Notes: generated by a model from the sequence alone, not told the origin. DNA of 63,888 nt, filler included, from Sluysia triapertura (GCA_046118255.1; 5 parts of 5 records of this genome joined end to end with filler, not necessarily neighbours in it), one strand, 5' to 3'; numbered from the whole stretch's first letter, positions 24,074 through 38,210 are shown. Numbers and translations are program-made.

Positions 24074-25235
24074 ATGCTAAAGAAAATGGATTCGCAATAT
24101 GATGAAAGCTTTCAAGTTAATGATCTTACTAGTTTAACAAATTTAGAAATTTTTATATCTCAATTAGAAGTATTTCCTACCATTGATAATGATAGTTTAA
24201 CAGACAATGCTGATAATAAAATATATTATGTGAAATACCAAAACTTTGCTTCTAATATCAGTTTTTGCAAACTAATATGATACCTTAAGTAATAATGCGG
24301 AATTTATCCAAGATGATATCAATTATATGCCGAGCCAAACATTACTAATTAAAAAAGTTGGTCGTTAGAGTCAGAATTTGAACACGACTATGAATGGAAT
24401 ATGACAAAGTGGTTTCTTAAAGTGAAAAATACTATTATGGTACCAACAACCAATATATGTGTTTATGGTTATGATAACATGAAACAAATCCTGGATTCAT
24501 TATCGATTACTATAGCTAATATAAAATGTCAATATCTAACGGCAATAAAACATGGTTCAAAAAATTGGCCAGATTGTGATGGAATAATGATGGAGAATGT
24601 TTGCAAGATTACTTTTCAAAATGATATCAGGCATAGTTTCCAGCTAAATTTAAAATTCGTGATTATTCCAATGGAATGTACAATAGCGCTGAACTGAATC
24701 TAAAACAAATGCTCAATGCCGTTACAACTATTAAAGTAATTATTTGCCAATTGCCCAAGCAACATAGTGTACATGATAAACATTACAATAATCCAATCTA
24801 TTAGATGCATATAATCCAAACAGAACGATAATTTATTCAAAAGAAGCGAATAGAATTAAATACAACGCAAGATGCCGAAGACTCATGTCATAGGAATATT
24901 AGAAGAATCAAAGGTTTATCGATAAATCACAACAAGGACATTATGTTTACAAGAGTCAAGATTGTTGCCATCGAACACAAACTACATATTGTCGCAATAT
25001 AGAAAGGTATCTAATTGTTGATGCAGATAATGAGATCCTGTTTTGTAACGTAATTAATTCTTTTACTTATTCAACACATAATTTAATTTCTTATTTTATT
25101 TTAGACGTTGAATCACCGACTCAGTTACTTGGCATGTACATAAAAGAACCATTAAATTTAAAACTTTTTACTTTGTTTGATAATAATAAAATTTCGTTTG
25201 TCGATCATTTTCTAACTGTTTTGTATAATTTTTAG
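24074..25235 (+). pseudogene. Family A copy 3 cargo: ~385-codon orphan ORF, broken; distant homolog of 14005-15513
   Basis: C-terminus NVINSFTYSTHNLISYFILDVES...LNLKLF...FVDHFLTVLYNF* parallels KVITFCCYTKDNLTSIFFLDSEA...LNVRIF...FTDFRSLFINF*. Confidence 0.6.
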
Positions 25236-27604
25236 CTGTAAAACATTACAAAGAGTTTAATGTAAAACTTTAAAAGATTGTGTAGAAATTTTCAAATATT
25301 ATGAGATAACCAAAGTTTTCATTAATGTAAAGACGAAAAACAAAAAGAATAATCAACAATTAAACGTATGTACTCTTTTGTTACTGGCTAGTGAATAATT
25401 CAACTGACTATTTCGTTAATATGATATTCCTGAGTGCAAAAATCCAGGCTATAAAGCCTTATTATTATTATTATTATCAGTATTACTGTAGGATATTATT
25501 AAGTATTGGTATAACTATTATGTCCTGCTATATTAAAAGTCCACTATAAAAATAACGAATACTTGATTGATTAAGAATTTAAGAGATGAAATATTAAATA
25601 TTAGTCACCTTTTTAAAGAAAACGAGTTATCTCGTACTAAGCCAATATTTTTTTCCTGTTTGGAGATGAATTTTTTTAAAACCTATAAAATATTTGAAAT
25701 TAGACATTTGTAAGCTAGTGTTTAATAATTATAACATGAATTAAAAAGAAATTCATTAGTAGCTGTCCTTTTTATGTTTAAAAAGTATTGTTAGTCGAAC
25801 TTATTCTAATATTCATTATGCTAATAGAAATAAGTAAAGTTTCATAATTATAGTTTCAAGGTATACACTAAATGCATCACGACCGTTTTAGTTTTTACTT
25901 TAAAGGAAATTTTTTTACCGTTTTGTAATGTGACTGTTATATTTAATTGTATATATAGGTACCGGTCAAATGACCGGTGATGGTACGAATATGATTGTAT
26001 TTAACCGGATTCTTTATCCTTGGTAGTAATTTCGTCGAAACTTCTCTGTTTTATAGTTAGTAAATAGTTATATATACCTTATGTGATTTGTGCTTTAAAT
26101 CAAGATTCAAGAATCTAAATTATTATTAATGTAAACTTTCTGACTAATTTATTTTACAAATGATATCTATATTCTATATATTATATTTATCTTATCTGAA
26201 AGTGTGAATTCGAATACTCGTCTCAGTGCTTCTTTACTAAAGTATTCTTTTAAATCTTGTTAATGTTTTAAATATCTCTTAGTTAAATCCATATAATCGT
26301 GCTTTATTGGAATCAGATTTTATTTCTTATCGATTTAAAAATATTTATTTTTGTGACTCTATCACAAAGGAATTTTTATTTTATATATTCCACTGTTGTA
26401 TACTAGCTCAGTTTCAAATCCCTTTATTCAAAAAGACAACAAAATTACGCACGATTTATTTCAATAATGAAAATAATATAATATAAATGAAGCAAAAATG
26501 ATTAATTTACTTTATACATATAAAGAGATTTTAATTGCAATTTTATATTTATTTTTATTCAGGCAGAAAAATAAACAATTCTTACCACATATTGAATAAA
26601 TTTATTGTAATTAATTATATTAATAAATGTAGTTAAATAAAAATTTAAAAAAGTGAATTTTTTAAACCCTTTTATCAAAAAACCCTACTGTTAAGTAGTA
26701 AATAAGGCACAATTTAATATAAAGCTTTAAAAACTCGAGGGATAGCTTTTATACATCTAGTTTAATTCCATTTCTTATTTAGTTTAATAGATTTGAATCC
26801 TTTCGCAAAAATGTCTCTTTATATAATGGTTTTTCTAATACTAAATTACAGCCAATGATTTATTTGCATATATTCTATAACAATAGCTATATATTCAAAT
26901 TTTCCTTCAATTAATTTCGCCTCAGAGACATATTTTTCATATTACAGTGTACTTTTACTTATATGTATGTATGTACGCATTATTATTACTATTACTATTA
27001 TTATTATTATAGATTTGGATTGACATACATTTTTACACTTACCATTTATAAAGATTATTGTTAAAATTATGTATGAAATGATGTTATGAAAAACATAGTT
27101 ATTATTGCCAAATATTGGTTGTCTATATGTTACATTGATAGGAATATAATTTCGTTAATTTATTCTATTTATTAATGATGTTGTGTGCACACTGCCAGTG
27201 TTATTTTTGTGCACGCGAGCAAAATAAATTAATTAATGGGTTCGACTACAATGTATCTGTAACTGTGATGGTTATTTATTAATTATTTATCTTCAAACTC
27301 CTATTAACTTCAACTTAATTATCTTCAGTTAATCACAAGATGTAATCAAAAACTTCATCGATTAATATTTTTAACAAAATGATTCTTTACATTTAATACC
27401 CAACAATAAAAATAGCAAACAAGTACAACTTAAAAGAATAAATAAATTTCGATTTTACAAACTAAAGTTTTAGGCTTAGATTAAAAGATTTTAGCGCGTA
27501 TTAAATCGGGTAATGTGAAAATAATTGTAATAATAGCTTTTTTCTTATTACTTTACAAATATATAATTTATTATTTTTATAGTTTCACAACTTATACACT
27601 TACG

Positions 27605-28220
27605 TGAAAATCTGTCTTGGTCTTTAACCTTTGTCTAGATTCGATTATATCTATATTATAAAAGTCCACACTATATATTCTTCAATTCAACTTTCTTTAT
27701 AAAACTTGTAACTACCTTAAGATAATATTACTTTATATCAAACTCAGTTGGAGGTACGATTCGATATACTCGTCCTTGTTGTTAGGATAGAAGCGCTTAA
27801 TAATTTACTTTTTACAATAATGTTAATCAAAATACTTTTAGCAGTGATACCACTCTAACTTTAACGTTTTAATTTAAACACAAAAGGAAAACTAAATGAC
27901 CGATTATTTATTTACTGTTATAAAAATAAATGTAATTTTACAATATAAATCCAATAATAAAATAACAAACAATTACTTACTAATTTAGTCACAATATAAA
28001 TTTCTGTTAGTAGTTCGTCTAAGAATAATTCGAAGTCTCCGTTAGATAATTCAGCTGCCAATTTCGCAATATTCGGAGTTGATGAAATATTACCAATAAA
28101 TGTCACCAGTCCAGTAAATTATTAAAATCGTTGAGTTTATCACTGCTGCACAAATTAATCGCCAAATTGTTGTTCAATTTCAAATCGTTTTAACTATTTA
28201 TAATTCCAACCACTTGATCG
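27605..28220 (-). pseudogene. Degenerate exons of an unidentified gene
   Basis: GC-richer blocks ending in gtaagt donors (about 27980 and 27604). TFIGNISSTPNIAKLAAELSNGDFELFLDELLTEIYIVTKL is open, the neighbouring blocks have stops. Confidence 0.3.
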
Positions 28221-28603
28221 TTAACGCGTGTGTTTTGTTACCGTGAATTATTTCTTTTTATACTGTTTGCATAAATAATTCTAATAGTATATTCCGATAA
28301 TAATTCCAATTAATTCCAATAATAATTTATGTAAATAATAATTCAATAATTTATACACTGTTATAAATTTATACGCTGTTAATAATGATAATGAAACATT
28401 TACTATAATAATTCAATAATTTATACACTGTTAAATAATAATAGTACACTATAATTTTATACGCTGTTAATTCTAAATTCTAATAAGATAAAATTTATTA
28501 TACAGTAATTTAATCAACTATCTATTCTAAATAATTTGCACACATAGTAATAATCAGTCTAATATTTACATATATCAACACTTATCATAATAATAATAAT
28601 AAC

Positions 28604-28649
<46 letters not shown>

Positions 28650-28850
28650 GTTTTATTTTTAGAATATTTTTAATAGAATTAAAACATTTATTGAAGACGT
28701 AAAATAATGGAATATTATTTATTAATTGATGATTTATTCAAAATGAGAAAATAACAATTCTAACAATAGAAAACTTAACAAAAAGATAAATGAAATGAAA
28801 AACGCATTGTTTAATGACAATATTCCATAATTTGTGTATAGAAAATTCAC

Positions 28851-28893
<43 letters not shown>

Positions 28894-29393
28894 TAATGAT
28901 AGTAATAGTTATTATTTCATTCTTGGATTTAAAATCAATATTCAATTTTATTAAAATGTCATTAAAATATTACGTTAAAATATTTTATTAAAATTATTAT
29001 GTTAATATTATGTTAACAATAGCATTATTTAAAACAATGATAGTCTTTGTAAATTTTTTAAGTTATAAAACAGCAATTGCTTCATGCTCAAGAAAATTCA
29101 AGTTATTCCAAAATTTATATTACTTCAGCTATATTTAAATATTTTTAGATTCACCTTATCCATGAATATTTTAAGATAAATGTGCTAACATAAATATCGT
29201 TTAGGCACGAGATCGTCTAATAATACTTATCAATAACTAAAATAATGTTTGCATTTTGCAAAAAATATCGTTTAGCCTACTGAAATATTGTGAACTTCTT
29301 TAAATGATATATACATAATAGTGATTATATATAATAGGTATAGTGAATGAAGTTTATGAAAAGATTGTGAAATGTTTTCTATTTATTATTAAG

Positions 29394-29692
29394 CATTTCC
29401 AGTAACTACCGTGTCAAATATTACTGGTTCTAACTCGACAATATCAACTACAGTTTCATCTAATAATCAAACACAGCAATCATCTAATAATAATACAGCA
29501 ACTATTGCGCCAATTCCTGCATCAACTCTCCCACCGCCGCCGCCGCCACCACCACCACCACCACCATCAACATTATTACCATCAGTAAAAAATACGTCTG
29601 GCAGATCCCAATTACTGAATTCTATTCAAGATTTTTCTAAGAACAATTTAAAAAAGACAAAAACAAATGATCGTAGTGTACCAAAAGTGTAA
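29394..29692 (+). CDS. Terminal exon encoding polyproline + C-terminal WH2 actin-binding motif (WIP/MIM-type)
   Basis: P12 tract, then GRSQLLNSIQDFSKNNLKKTKTNDRSVPKV*. LKKT.TNDRS.P is the WIP/MTSS1-class WH2 signature. AG acceptors at 29393 or 29402. Confidence 0.85.
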
Positions 29693-31785
29693 TTTCTATC
29701 ACACATCAACTGCACTCATTTATTTATTGTATTACTAATTAACTTACTGCCAGACATTAATTATTTAAATTTATATTTTCCAATATAATGTTTTTAACGA
29801 AATGTTTCTTAAATCACATTTTCTATTTAAGTTTAAATGATTTTATTGAATTAGATTTTGATTGTATTTGTTAGTAAATTTTATATCATAACTAATATTA
29901 ATAACGAAACCGTCATATTTGGAATTATTTTTCTAAAATGTTTTATTTTTACAACAGATGTTACTTTCCAGTTGTTGAGAATTGTCTTTCTATAATTCAA
30001 AACATAATACTTGATTTAACTAATATTTCGTCAACTAAAACAAATAAAATGCATAAATTTATTCTAACATTTTATAACTGATTTATATACAATGCACATT
30101 TTTATTTGCAATTGTCGAAATATTAAATATTAAAATGGTTACTTTCAATTTTTAGTAAATGCAAAAAACATAAATTAATTTAAATTGTGCGACATAATCA
30201 TATTCATACGACTTTCTGAAGAAAAAGTGTTACAATATTTAAAAACTGGTTTGATTTTATAATTGAAAATATCGAAAATATCAATAGCATTAAATGTAGT
30301 ATTATTTAAGCTTGTTTATTTTTAATATTAAATGTTTAAATAATTAAATATTTGCATGCACAGCTTCTTAGAAAAATATTTCATTTAAATTTGAGAATCG
30401 TTCGAGAAACTCGCGTTGTCCCTACCAGAGCTAATTTTGACAAGATATCTTTGATCAGCAGTTGTTAGATGTCATCTATTAAATACTCGATTTAATAATT
30501 ACAATTTTTTATAGAAATAACAAATAAATAGATTAATTAAATTTTAATGAATTAATAGTGAAATCTATTTCAAGTGATATCTGATTGTGAAAATATATTA
30601 AATTTGTATTGTCGCAAATATAAAGCCTGTGAACTAAATTAAAATTGTATGAATGGATTTGTTTTGTATTTTTCAAGATTTTAGAAGTTATTTGAAATTA
30701 TTAGATTGGAAAGAAAGCTTTTACATAAAAGAAAAAACATGCATTTATAAATTCGGAATAAGTATAGTCAAAATTTTTACCTCTCATTTCGATGCTAACT
30801 TTATTATTCCATTGCTGTAAAAATATTTCGATTTTGAACCGAAATAGTAACAGTGCCATACTTTTCTTCAAATCTTGTGTCTTAAGAAATGTATCGAGAG
30901 CAGAAAGTAATCCGACGAAGCAAAATCTCATTAAACTCTGTTAATACACTTGGAGTGATCTTAATTATGTGGTCTTGAATTGTAATTAAGAAAAATTAAA
31001 CCGTTTCTATTGATTAATGCTGGTCGAATATATAATATGTTCTAGCGAAAGCAATGTAATTATTGACAATAATCTTATAACGTATGCAATGTCGAATATA
31101 AACTATCGTAAAATAATAAAATTTACGTTTGAATTTTTAATAACTGAATATTTAAACATTTTGTTAAAGTTAAGCTATTTAATTTTCCTTAAAGTCTTTC
31201 TTTCCAACCTAATAATATTGTTTTCTAACTTTTAGTTTGATTGTTATCTGATTATTTGAATATTAGTATAGTAAAACTATATGATAACAAATAAGACATT
31301 GATTTTTAAATTGTAATGTAACTTGATAATATTGATTTTTGATACCACTAAGTAAACATATCCAGAAAATTTGGACTTTCGAATTTTCAAACTTTGGTCC
31401 TTTTGATCAATTTTAATTTAAAAAAACGTGTTTATGTTATTTATTTTTCTTGATAAGAAAGATAAAATTTGTGCTGTAAATCGTTAAATTTTTATTTTGT
31501 ATTCGGTAAGAGTTCTCCACTTCTACTGGAGAAATAGTTTCTCTATCCAATTACCATCTTAATATTTACTAGTTCAACCAGGTGTAGTAGAACTATCAAT
31601 ATTGATGATGGTAAAAGTAAAGTTAGTTACACATCACTCCAGCGTTTACCATTGGTAGTTCATGAAGACAACACTGGTATCTTATTATAAATAAAAATAA
31701 CATTGTGGCATAACTTGTTTAATTTATTAGTACAATACCGCAACTTATTACCAATTAGGTGGCAATCTTATTACTTTTATCACAC

Positions 31786-31844
<59 letters not shown>

Positions 31845-31959
31845 AATTTTGAGAACAGTAAACAATACTAGAAACACAGTTAGATTATTTATGAAAATAA
31901 TAATCTTTTCGTATATGAAAAAATTTACTACGGCATTTTAATTGTACAGTATTTAAAAA

Positions 31960-32120
31960 ATTAATTGTTGGATTTCGGGAATATAACATGTGGCATCCGA
32001 ATCTCGGGTTCTTGCTGTGGAGTTCGATGCTCTGACCACTCATCCTTTAGTCCAGTATAATTTATTTTCATTATGGTCAATTATGAATTTTTAAATGGCA
32101 CTTTTTAAGTCTGTATCTCA
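31960..32120 (-). repeat. Second, more degenerate copy of the tRNA-cored repeat
   Basis: gctgtggagttcgatgctctgaccact and the downstream flank align with 32330-32440. Confidence 0.6.
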
Positions 32121-32182
32121 TTAATGAGTATGCTAACAGTTAAACTGGATCAGAAATTATGCTAAAGTATTGTAACCCAACG

Positions 32183-32234
<52 letters not shown>

Positions 32235-32441
32235 GAGGCATAGGCCTAAAATGCCATTTAGAATATTGATAGCGTTACACTTCAATAAATGAAGTGATCG
32301 AAAATCGAACCCGGGATATCTCGCTTCGCAGCTGTGCAGTTCGATGCTCTGATCACTGAGCCATCAGTACCGCTTAACAATTTTGTTTTATTATAGTCTA
32401 TTGTACAATCATTATTTTAAAGCACTTTAGGCCTGTACCTA
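32235..32441 (-). mobile_element. tRNA-derived (SINE-head-like) core bracketed by ~28-bp imperfect TIRs
   Basis: Minus strand has A-box-like TGGCTCAGTGA and B-box-like GGTTCGATT. Ends AGGCATAGGCCTAAAATGCCATTTAGAAT / ATTTTAAAGCACTTTAGGCCTGTACCT. Adjacent (AAT)n. Confidence 0.6.
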
Positions 32442-32805
32442 TGTACGTTAGTAAAAGTCTAATTATTGTTATATATTGCTGAAGTTTTTGTAATTGATTG
32501 TGCGTATTAAATTCAATTAATTTTGTTGTTTCGTATTGAGCTCATTTTATATTGATTTAAGCCAAATTCTACAGAAAACTAACATTAAGTTTACGAAGCA
32601 ATAATTGAATCTATCTAAGCTATTTAACAGAAACATTCAAATGTAATTCTGGGAAATCGTATCTAATGCATAAGGGGACTAACGAGAATTTACAAAAAGG
32701 TTTACACAATAAGTCTCGTTATGAACAAGATAGAGTAAGTTCACAAAGTAAACAAATTTAAATCCCTAGAAGATTTTAGTAAAAATAAACGAATTATTAG
32801 ATAAG

Positions 32806-33947
32806 TGTGTTGGGTTATACATATTTGTTGAGTTGTAAATTTAAATTGTAAATTTGTATTATTTTTAGTTAAATTTATATTATTTTTATGCAATATTATT
32901 TTTAAATGCTATAAATATTATAATTGTTTTCGCAATAAAATTATGAAAATATTTAAATACGCAAAATTCTTGTGTGTGATGCTTTTTAGAAATGTAATTC
33001 ACATGAGTAATTATAGTAATAAAATTTACCAAAGTTAAAAATTTTACTTATATTTTATTAAATATTTTTAAACTTTGAACTTATTAAACTGTATAAATTA
33101 ACGGAGAAAATTTGTTTTTCAAATAAACTGATAAGAGATAAATTGATAAACTGGTTTTTTCAAATGAATTGATAAAGAATGAAGTTAATTCTGATAAACT
33201 GTATATTTATTAAATTAAATCAAATGATCAAACTGAAAATTAAACTAAATTAACTCTAATCATGTTTTTTATCTGTACTTATGCGTTGTATTTATAATTG
33301 ATTTAGACATGCACTTTTAAGATGATAATAATATTTATCTATACTTTTATGTTAATATAATAATAGATATACTAGTCTGGATGGTTACTAATCAATAATA
33401 ATAATACTCTTTATTAATGCAATAATAATAATTAAAATATTAAAATACTAAACAACCATTTTTCTTATTATTTAACTTTTTCTAAAAATTTCTAAATTTA
33501 CGTGATTATCTACATGCTTAATTACATTAATTATAAATTTGCATAATTACAATATAACGTTTACATAATTATAATTTATATAATTTACATAATTATACAT
33601 TTGCATAATTTCATTTATTATACATTTACAATATTATGCGGTTGCAAACGGTGACGTAAATTTATAATTAGATTAATTGATTTATGATACCGTTTTCAGT
33701 ATGCGGTAGAAAAATCCTACTTAAATTACCACCTATTAAATTTTAATTATTAATTTTTATCATAATTTAACAAACAAATTTCAGAACATAATATTAGATA
33801 TTAGAATTATCATTGAAATAATAATTATAGATTACATCAACCTCCATTAACCATTCATATTGCTACTTACGACTTACCCCTTAAGTGTATAAGTCTAAGA
33901 TTACAGGGCACTCACGAATCTCACAAGCACAAGATATTGCATCCACA
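32806..33947 (+). mobile_element. Family C solo-LTR-like repeat (subfamily 2)
   Basis: 33680-33947 is the reverse complement of 55183-55420. TG...CA ends. No clear TSD. Confidence 0.55.
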
Positions 33948-34164
33948 TTAAAATAAGATTTAATTTGAGCTACATAAAGGACTAATTTAACCCTTACTAA
34001 AACAACTCTTATTTTTGCAACTTATTGTAAACTCTAATAACACGTCTTCTGAACTGATATAAATCGTGTTTATTCGGTGTACTTGACATTCATCTTATTT
34101 TGTAAGTTTAAATTTTCTAATAAAACACATACAAGTGTTAAAAATGAGCATTACAATAGTAATA

Positions 34165-34221
<57 letters not shown>

Positions 34222-34278
34222 TTTGTTAATTCTAATAAATTAATTAGTGAGATGAACAAACATTTCCGTATATATATA

Positions 34279-34378
34279 NNNNNNNNNNNNNNNNNNNNNN
34301 NNNNNNNNNNNNNNNNNNNNNNTTAATTAATTAANNNNNNNNNNNNNNNNNNNNNNNNNNNNNNNNNNNNNNNNNNNN
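34279..34378. other. Artificial scaffold-joining spacer
   Basis: 44N-TTAATTAATTAA-44N. Confidence 0.97.
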
Positions 34379-34900
34379 GAGAATTAATCTTGCTGCTTGA
34401 TTAATTATTAATTGTAATTTTTTCACTTTTCTATCTGAAATTGAGTACAATAAACAATTGTTAAAATCTATGTTGCTACTTATCAATGAGTGAACAATAA
34501 GTTTAGCTGTTTCTTTGTTAAAAAATTTTCGAATATGTGATATTTTACTTAATTGATATTTACACTTTTTAACAATACAATTAATATTTTCTACCAATGT
34601 TCATTTTTGAATCCATATAACAACCTATATTTCGTACTATTTGCTTCGCTTCTAGTGTCTTTACTTCATTTATTTTGGTATTGTCGCTATTTTTATTACT
34701 GATGATTATAAATTCTGACTTTTCTTCATTGATTTTCAAGTATTTATTTTAAAACCATTTTATCAATTCAGATAGATAATAGTATTTTTTATGTTGTTCA
34801 TTTCAAATTCAGTATATATTTTTACGTCATCAGCATGTATGTGATATTTAAAACCATATGATTGGATTACACTAGAAACATCATTGATATATGTATTATA
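34379..34900 (-). mobile_element. L2/CR1-clade LINE ORF2 remnant (RT YADD region and C-terminal part)
   Basis: YGFKYHIHADDVKIY and IRKFFNKETAKLIVHSLISSNIDFNNCLL...KLQLIINQAARLI. More degenerate LINE sequence probably extends to about 35900. Confidence 0.85.
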
Positions 34901-37872
34901 AACAATAATGGAAAAGAAATTTAGAAAAGAAATTATATTCCATGTAAAGATTTTATTGAAAAATGCGTGAATTTATTCTGCAAAGAGAACAATTTTGCGA
35001 TTGTGACTATTGTTAAAATATTTGATCATTTTGAAGAAGTGGGAATTTATTATATTGATTGTTTTCTAATTCCTATGAATTCTATTATTACCAAAAAATA
35101 CTTAGATTTTTCAGGAACAAATTTCCTGTAATTAATATCTGGAAATCCTTTATTTCACTTTCATTTTTAAAATTGCCTTTGTTAAATCATCATTAAATTC
35201 GGAGGATTTTATATTTATTTTTTATAAATTATCGAAATTCGATTTATTCATTAAACATTGCCATATATAATTTGTATTTCATTATTTTCGTTTACAGAAT
35301 ACACCAGTAAATGCTGAAACATTTTATTTTAGTATTGTAAAATTGTAGATGAAATAAAATTACTTTCACAAGTATCATTAAATGATAAAACGTTTTCAAG
35401 TGAACATTTTCTTATTTTGAAAGCATCTTCTTAATGATCCTCCACAATGAATTATGAATTATTTTTGTTTTTACTAAGGTAACTTTAAACTTCCAAACTA
35501 TCACTATCAGACCACAAATGTTCATTCATTAGTCTAATTTATTTTCATATTCCAGACTACTTTTAACTTCATTAATATGAATTTAATGTTTTCATTAATA
35601 AACCGAGATCTTACACTGAAATATCTGCACTGACATTTTTAATTTTTGACGATGTTGGAAAACATCTTGATTACATATTTTCATTCACAATAATAATTTG
35701 TTTTTTATTTTCCACGTATTGATATAATCTTTTACAATATTTGAAAATTTCATAAGTGAATTCTTTCGTGTCCAAGTAAAGCCATAAAATTTACTTTGAA
35801 TCTATCTCATAATTTAACTTCGCTACTTCAGTTCTAGATTTTAAATATTCAAGATTTTTCATTAATTCATATTTCTCTTGGTCTTCGGCCCCTTTTCGGT
35901 ACATCTTAACATATCCACACTGGCCAAACTATTCGTCAGAGATACTATTTTGGAAAATGATATTTACAGTAGTACTTTTAGACATTACTTAAAATTAATT
36001 ATTAAAAATCTGTAATATCATTCTAATATCAAACTTTTACTTTTACTTAATATTGATAAAAATGATAATTAAGAGCTATGAAATCAATAAAATGAAAATT
36101 AAAAATGATAAATATAAAAATATGGAATGCTGGATTAAAGTGCTCGATCGTCAGGCTACTACTTAGTTTCTATATTTATTTCCTACTAATTTCCATCGTA
36201 ATATAATCTGATATATTGGTCTTCATTTAATAAAAATCTTAATAAAATTAATTTAATTAATATTTTAAGGGACAAGTTGCTTTGTGTAAAGGTTTGCTTC
36301 ACATACTTGAAACTCAAAATTTGCTAGATCATCATATATGCCCTCTAAAATCATTTTAAAATTAAAATTATTTAATATTAGACTAAACCTTTTAACACTT
36401 TAAATTAGATGTACAGTTTTAATATAAGTTGTAATGATTTCATTCCATTTATTTATATTTTACACATTTTTGTTAGAATAAAATTTAAGGTATTTATCTG
36501 TTGTATTATTGATCACTGTCGTATTTATAGCGGACTGTAAACGGACACATAACATTAAAATTTAAACATTAATCTTTAAAAGTAAAGAAGAAAAATTTCT
36601 TTAACACATATTACATTTTATTTTTTACGTTATCATACTTCTTACATGAAAAGTAACTTTTATAAATGTTACTTTAAAAGTTTTTTAATTTTTAATAAAA
36701 TTTATTTTATTAAAAATTTTAAAGCTTTTAAGTTTAGAAACTTTTTGATTCGATGATAATTTAAATGTGTTCAAACAATTGTACACGTATTCCTATACTC
36801 ATTTAGACACCTCTCACGTATGGTCAACGTTATTATATTATTATTACTATAACAATAATAATTATTATTATTATGTTAATTTTATTATTATTTTAATTTT
36901 CGACGCGAATAAATAGATAATAACCCAGTGTACAACTCATCTACATTGTTTATTTTTCAACTATGAATTTCTTAGTATTACTATTATTCAAACACAACAA
37001 TTAATTTTTTAAAATACCATCTAAAACATAAGATACATAAAATCAAACAAAAAAGCATTATTTATCTATTCAATTTTTAAAATCTACTGAGGATTAAAAA
37101 TCAATAAATAATTAAAAGATCATTTATCTTTTAAAATATAGTTAAGTATAGTTTTAAGTTTGATTTTATTTTTTATTTATTGGTAATTTCAATAAATAAA
37201 TTTTCAATATTTTAATATAAAACTTTAGATGTATTGAATGTGTAATTCTACTTAGATTAAATGAATTAATAAAATCAATAAGAAAATATCGAATATTATA
37301 TTAATTTTTAATAAAAATAAGTCAAAATTCATTCAACATTCATTATTATTCTAAATTTCACATTAAAAAATGCGAAAATTGCAGTAACTATTGAATCAGT
37401 AAACAAGAATGCTATTTCAGTTGAAATGGAGATCTCGTATAACACTAATTATTAATAAAATAGAGAGTCAGGTTTAAAATCATGATGGTAATTTCGGAAG
37501 TCCTGAATGCATTTTGGAATTAATTAAAATAAATATCTAGTAGGTTTTATCTATTTTAAATATTTTTTAAAATAGATATTGGAGCTACATAATTTAATTT
37601 AATTTATTATTATTATTATATTAAACTTGAAAAGTTACTTATAAAATGAAATAATTAAATAAAAATATTTTAAATAATAAAAATTAATAAAATAATTAAA
37701 AATTTTCCAAAATACTTTATAAATATTATGTATATTTTATATACTTTTTAAAAATTTTATACCCTATTAGAAGAAATATAATTTATGAATCACTTACATT
37801 AACTTATTTCAATATTTCGTCAAATCATGGAACAATTAAAAAAATAATTATAAGATATATTAATATATTAAT

Positions 37873-38200
37873 TTATATTGCACTCATATCTACTACAAAA
37901 TAAATACTCAAAAGTAAATCATTCACCATAATATTTCTGAAACAGAAATAATCTTCCAGTAATTTGGCATTCTCTTGTAACTGGTTATATATTTTTGAGA
38001 CATAAACGATATAAAACCTATCATCTATTTTATTATCACTGGGGATTTTGTATAGATTATTATGTCTCAATGAAATATTCATCTTGGTTTCCAATTCGGG
38101 ACTTCCATAAAGTCAGCATTTGTAAATTATTGTCATGTTTTTGAATTCTATTCTTGATTTTATTGGCAACCAATGTAATTCCTTAAGATAAAGTTTATTT
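37873..38200 (-). mobile_element. L2-clade LINE ORF2 3' end remnant
   Basis: LKELHWLPI.SRIEFK.MTIIYKC..YGSPE. Paralog at 41830-41995. Confidence 0.82.
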
Positions 38201-38210
38201 AAGATTTTAT

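Larger units (their letters stand above)
23092..25364 (+). mobile_element. Family A copy 3
   Basis: Starts TGTGGTGGCCAACC, then a C/A-skewed segment and hairpins at 23798-23858 and 23894-23958. Right end is tentative, from the near-TSD CGTGT/CGTAT. Confidence 0.72.

Noticed and set aside
13871-25364. Family A as integrated multipartite ssDNA-virus segments or mitochondrial minicircles
   Set aside because: There is no Rep, nonanucleotide loop or mitochondrial gene, and precise TG...CA ends with 5-bp TSDs point to integrase-mediated insertion.
25980-25998. Palindrome ACCGGTCAAATGACCGGT, piggyBac-like subterminal motif
   Set aside because: No TIR pair or TTAA TSD could be defined.
32296-32370. 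Functional tRNA gene
   Set aside because: There is no acceptor stem or clean cloverleaf and the B-box is degenerate; treated as a tRNA-derived repeat.
31759-34326. Poly-N and poly-I ORFs in the track (also poly-Y at 56217-56510 and the X-filled ORFs)
   Set aside because: They are translations of (TAA)n microsatellites or N gaps.
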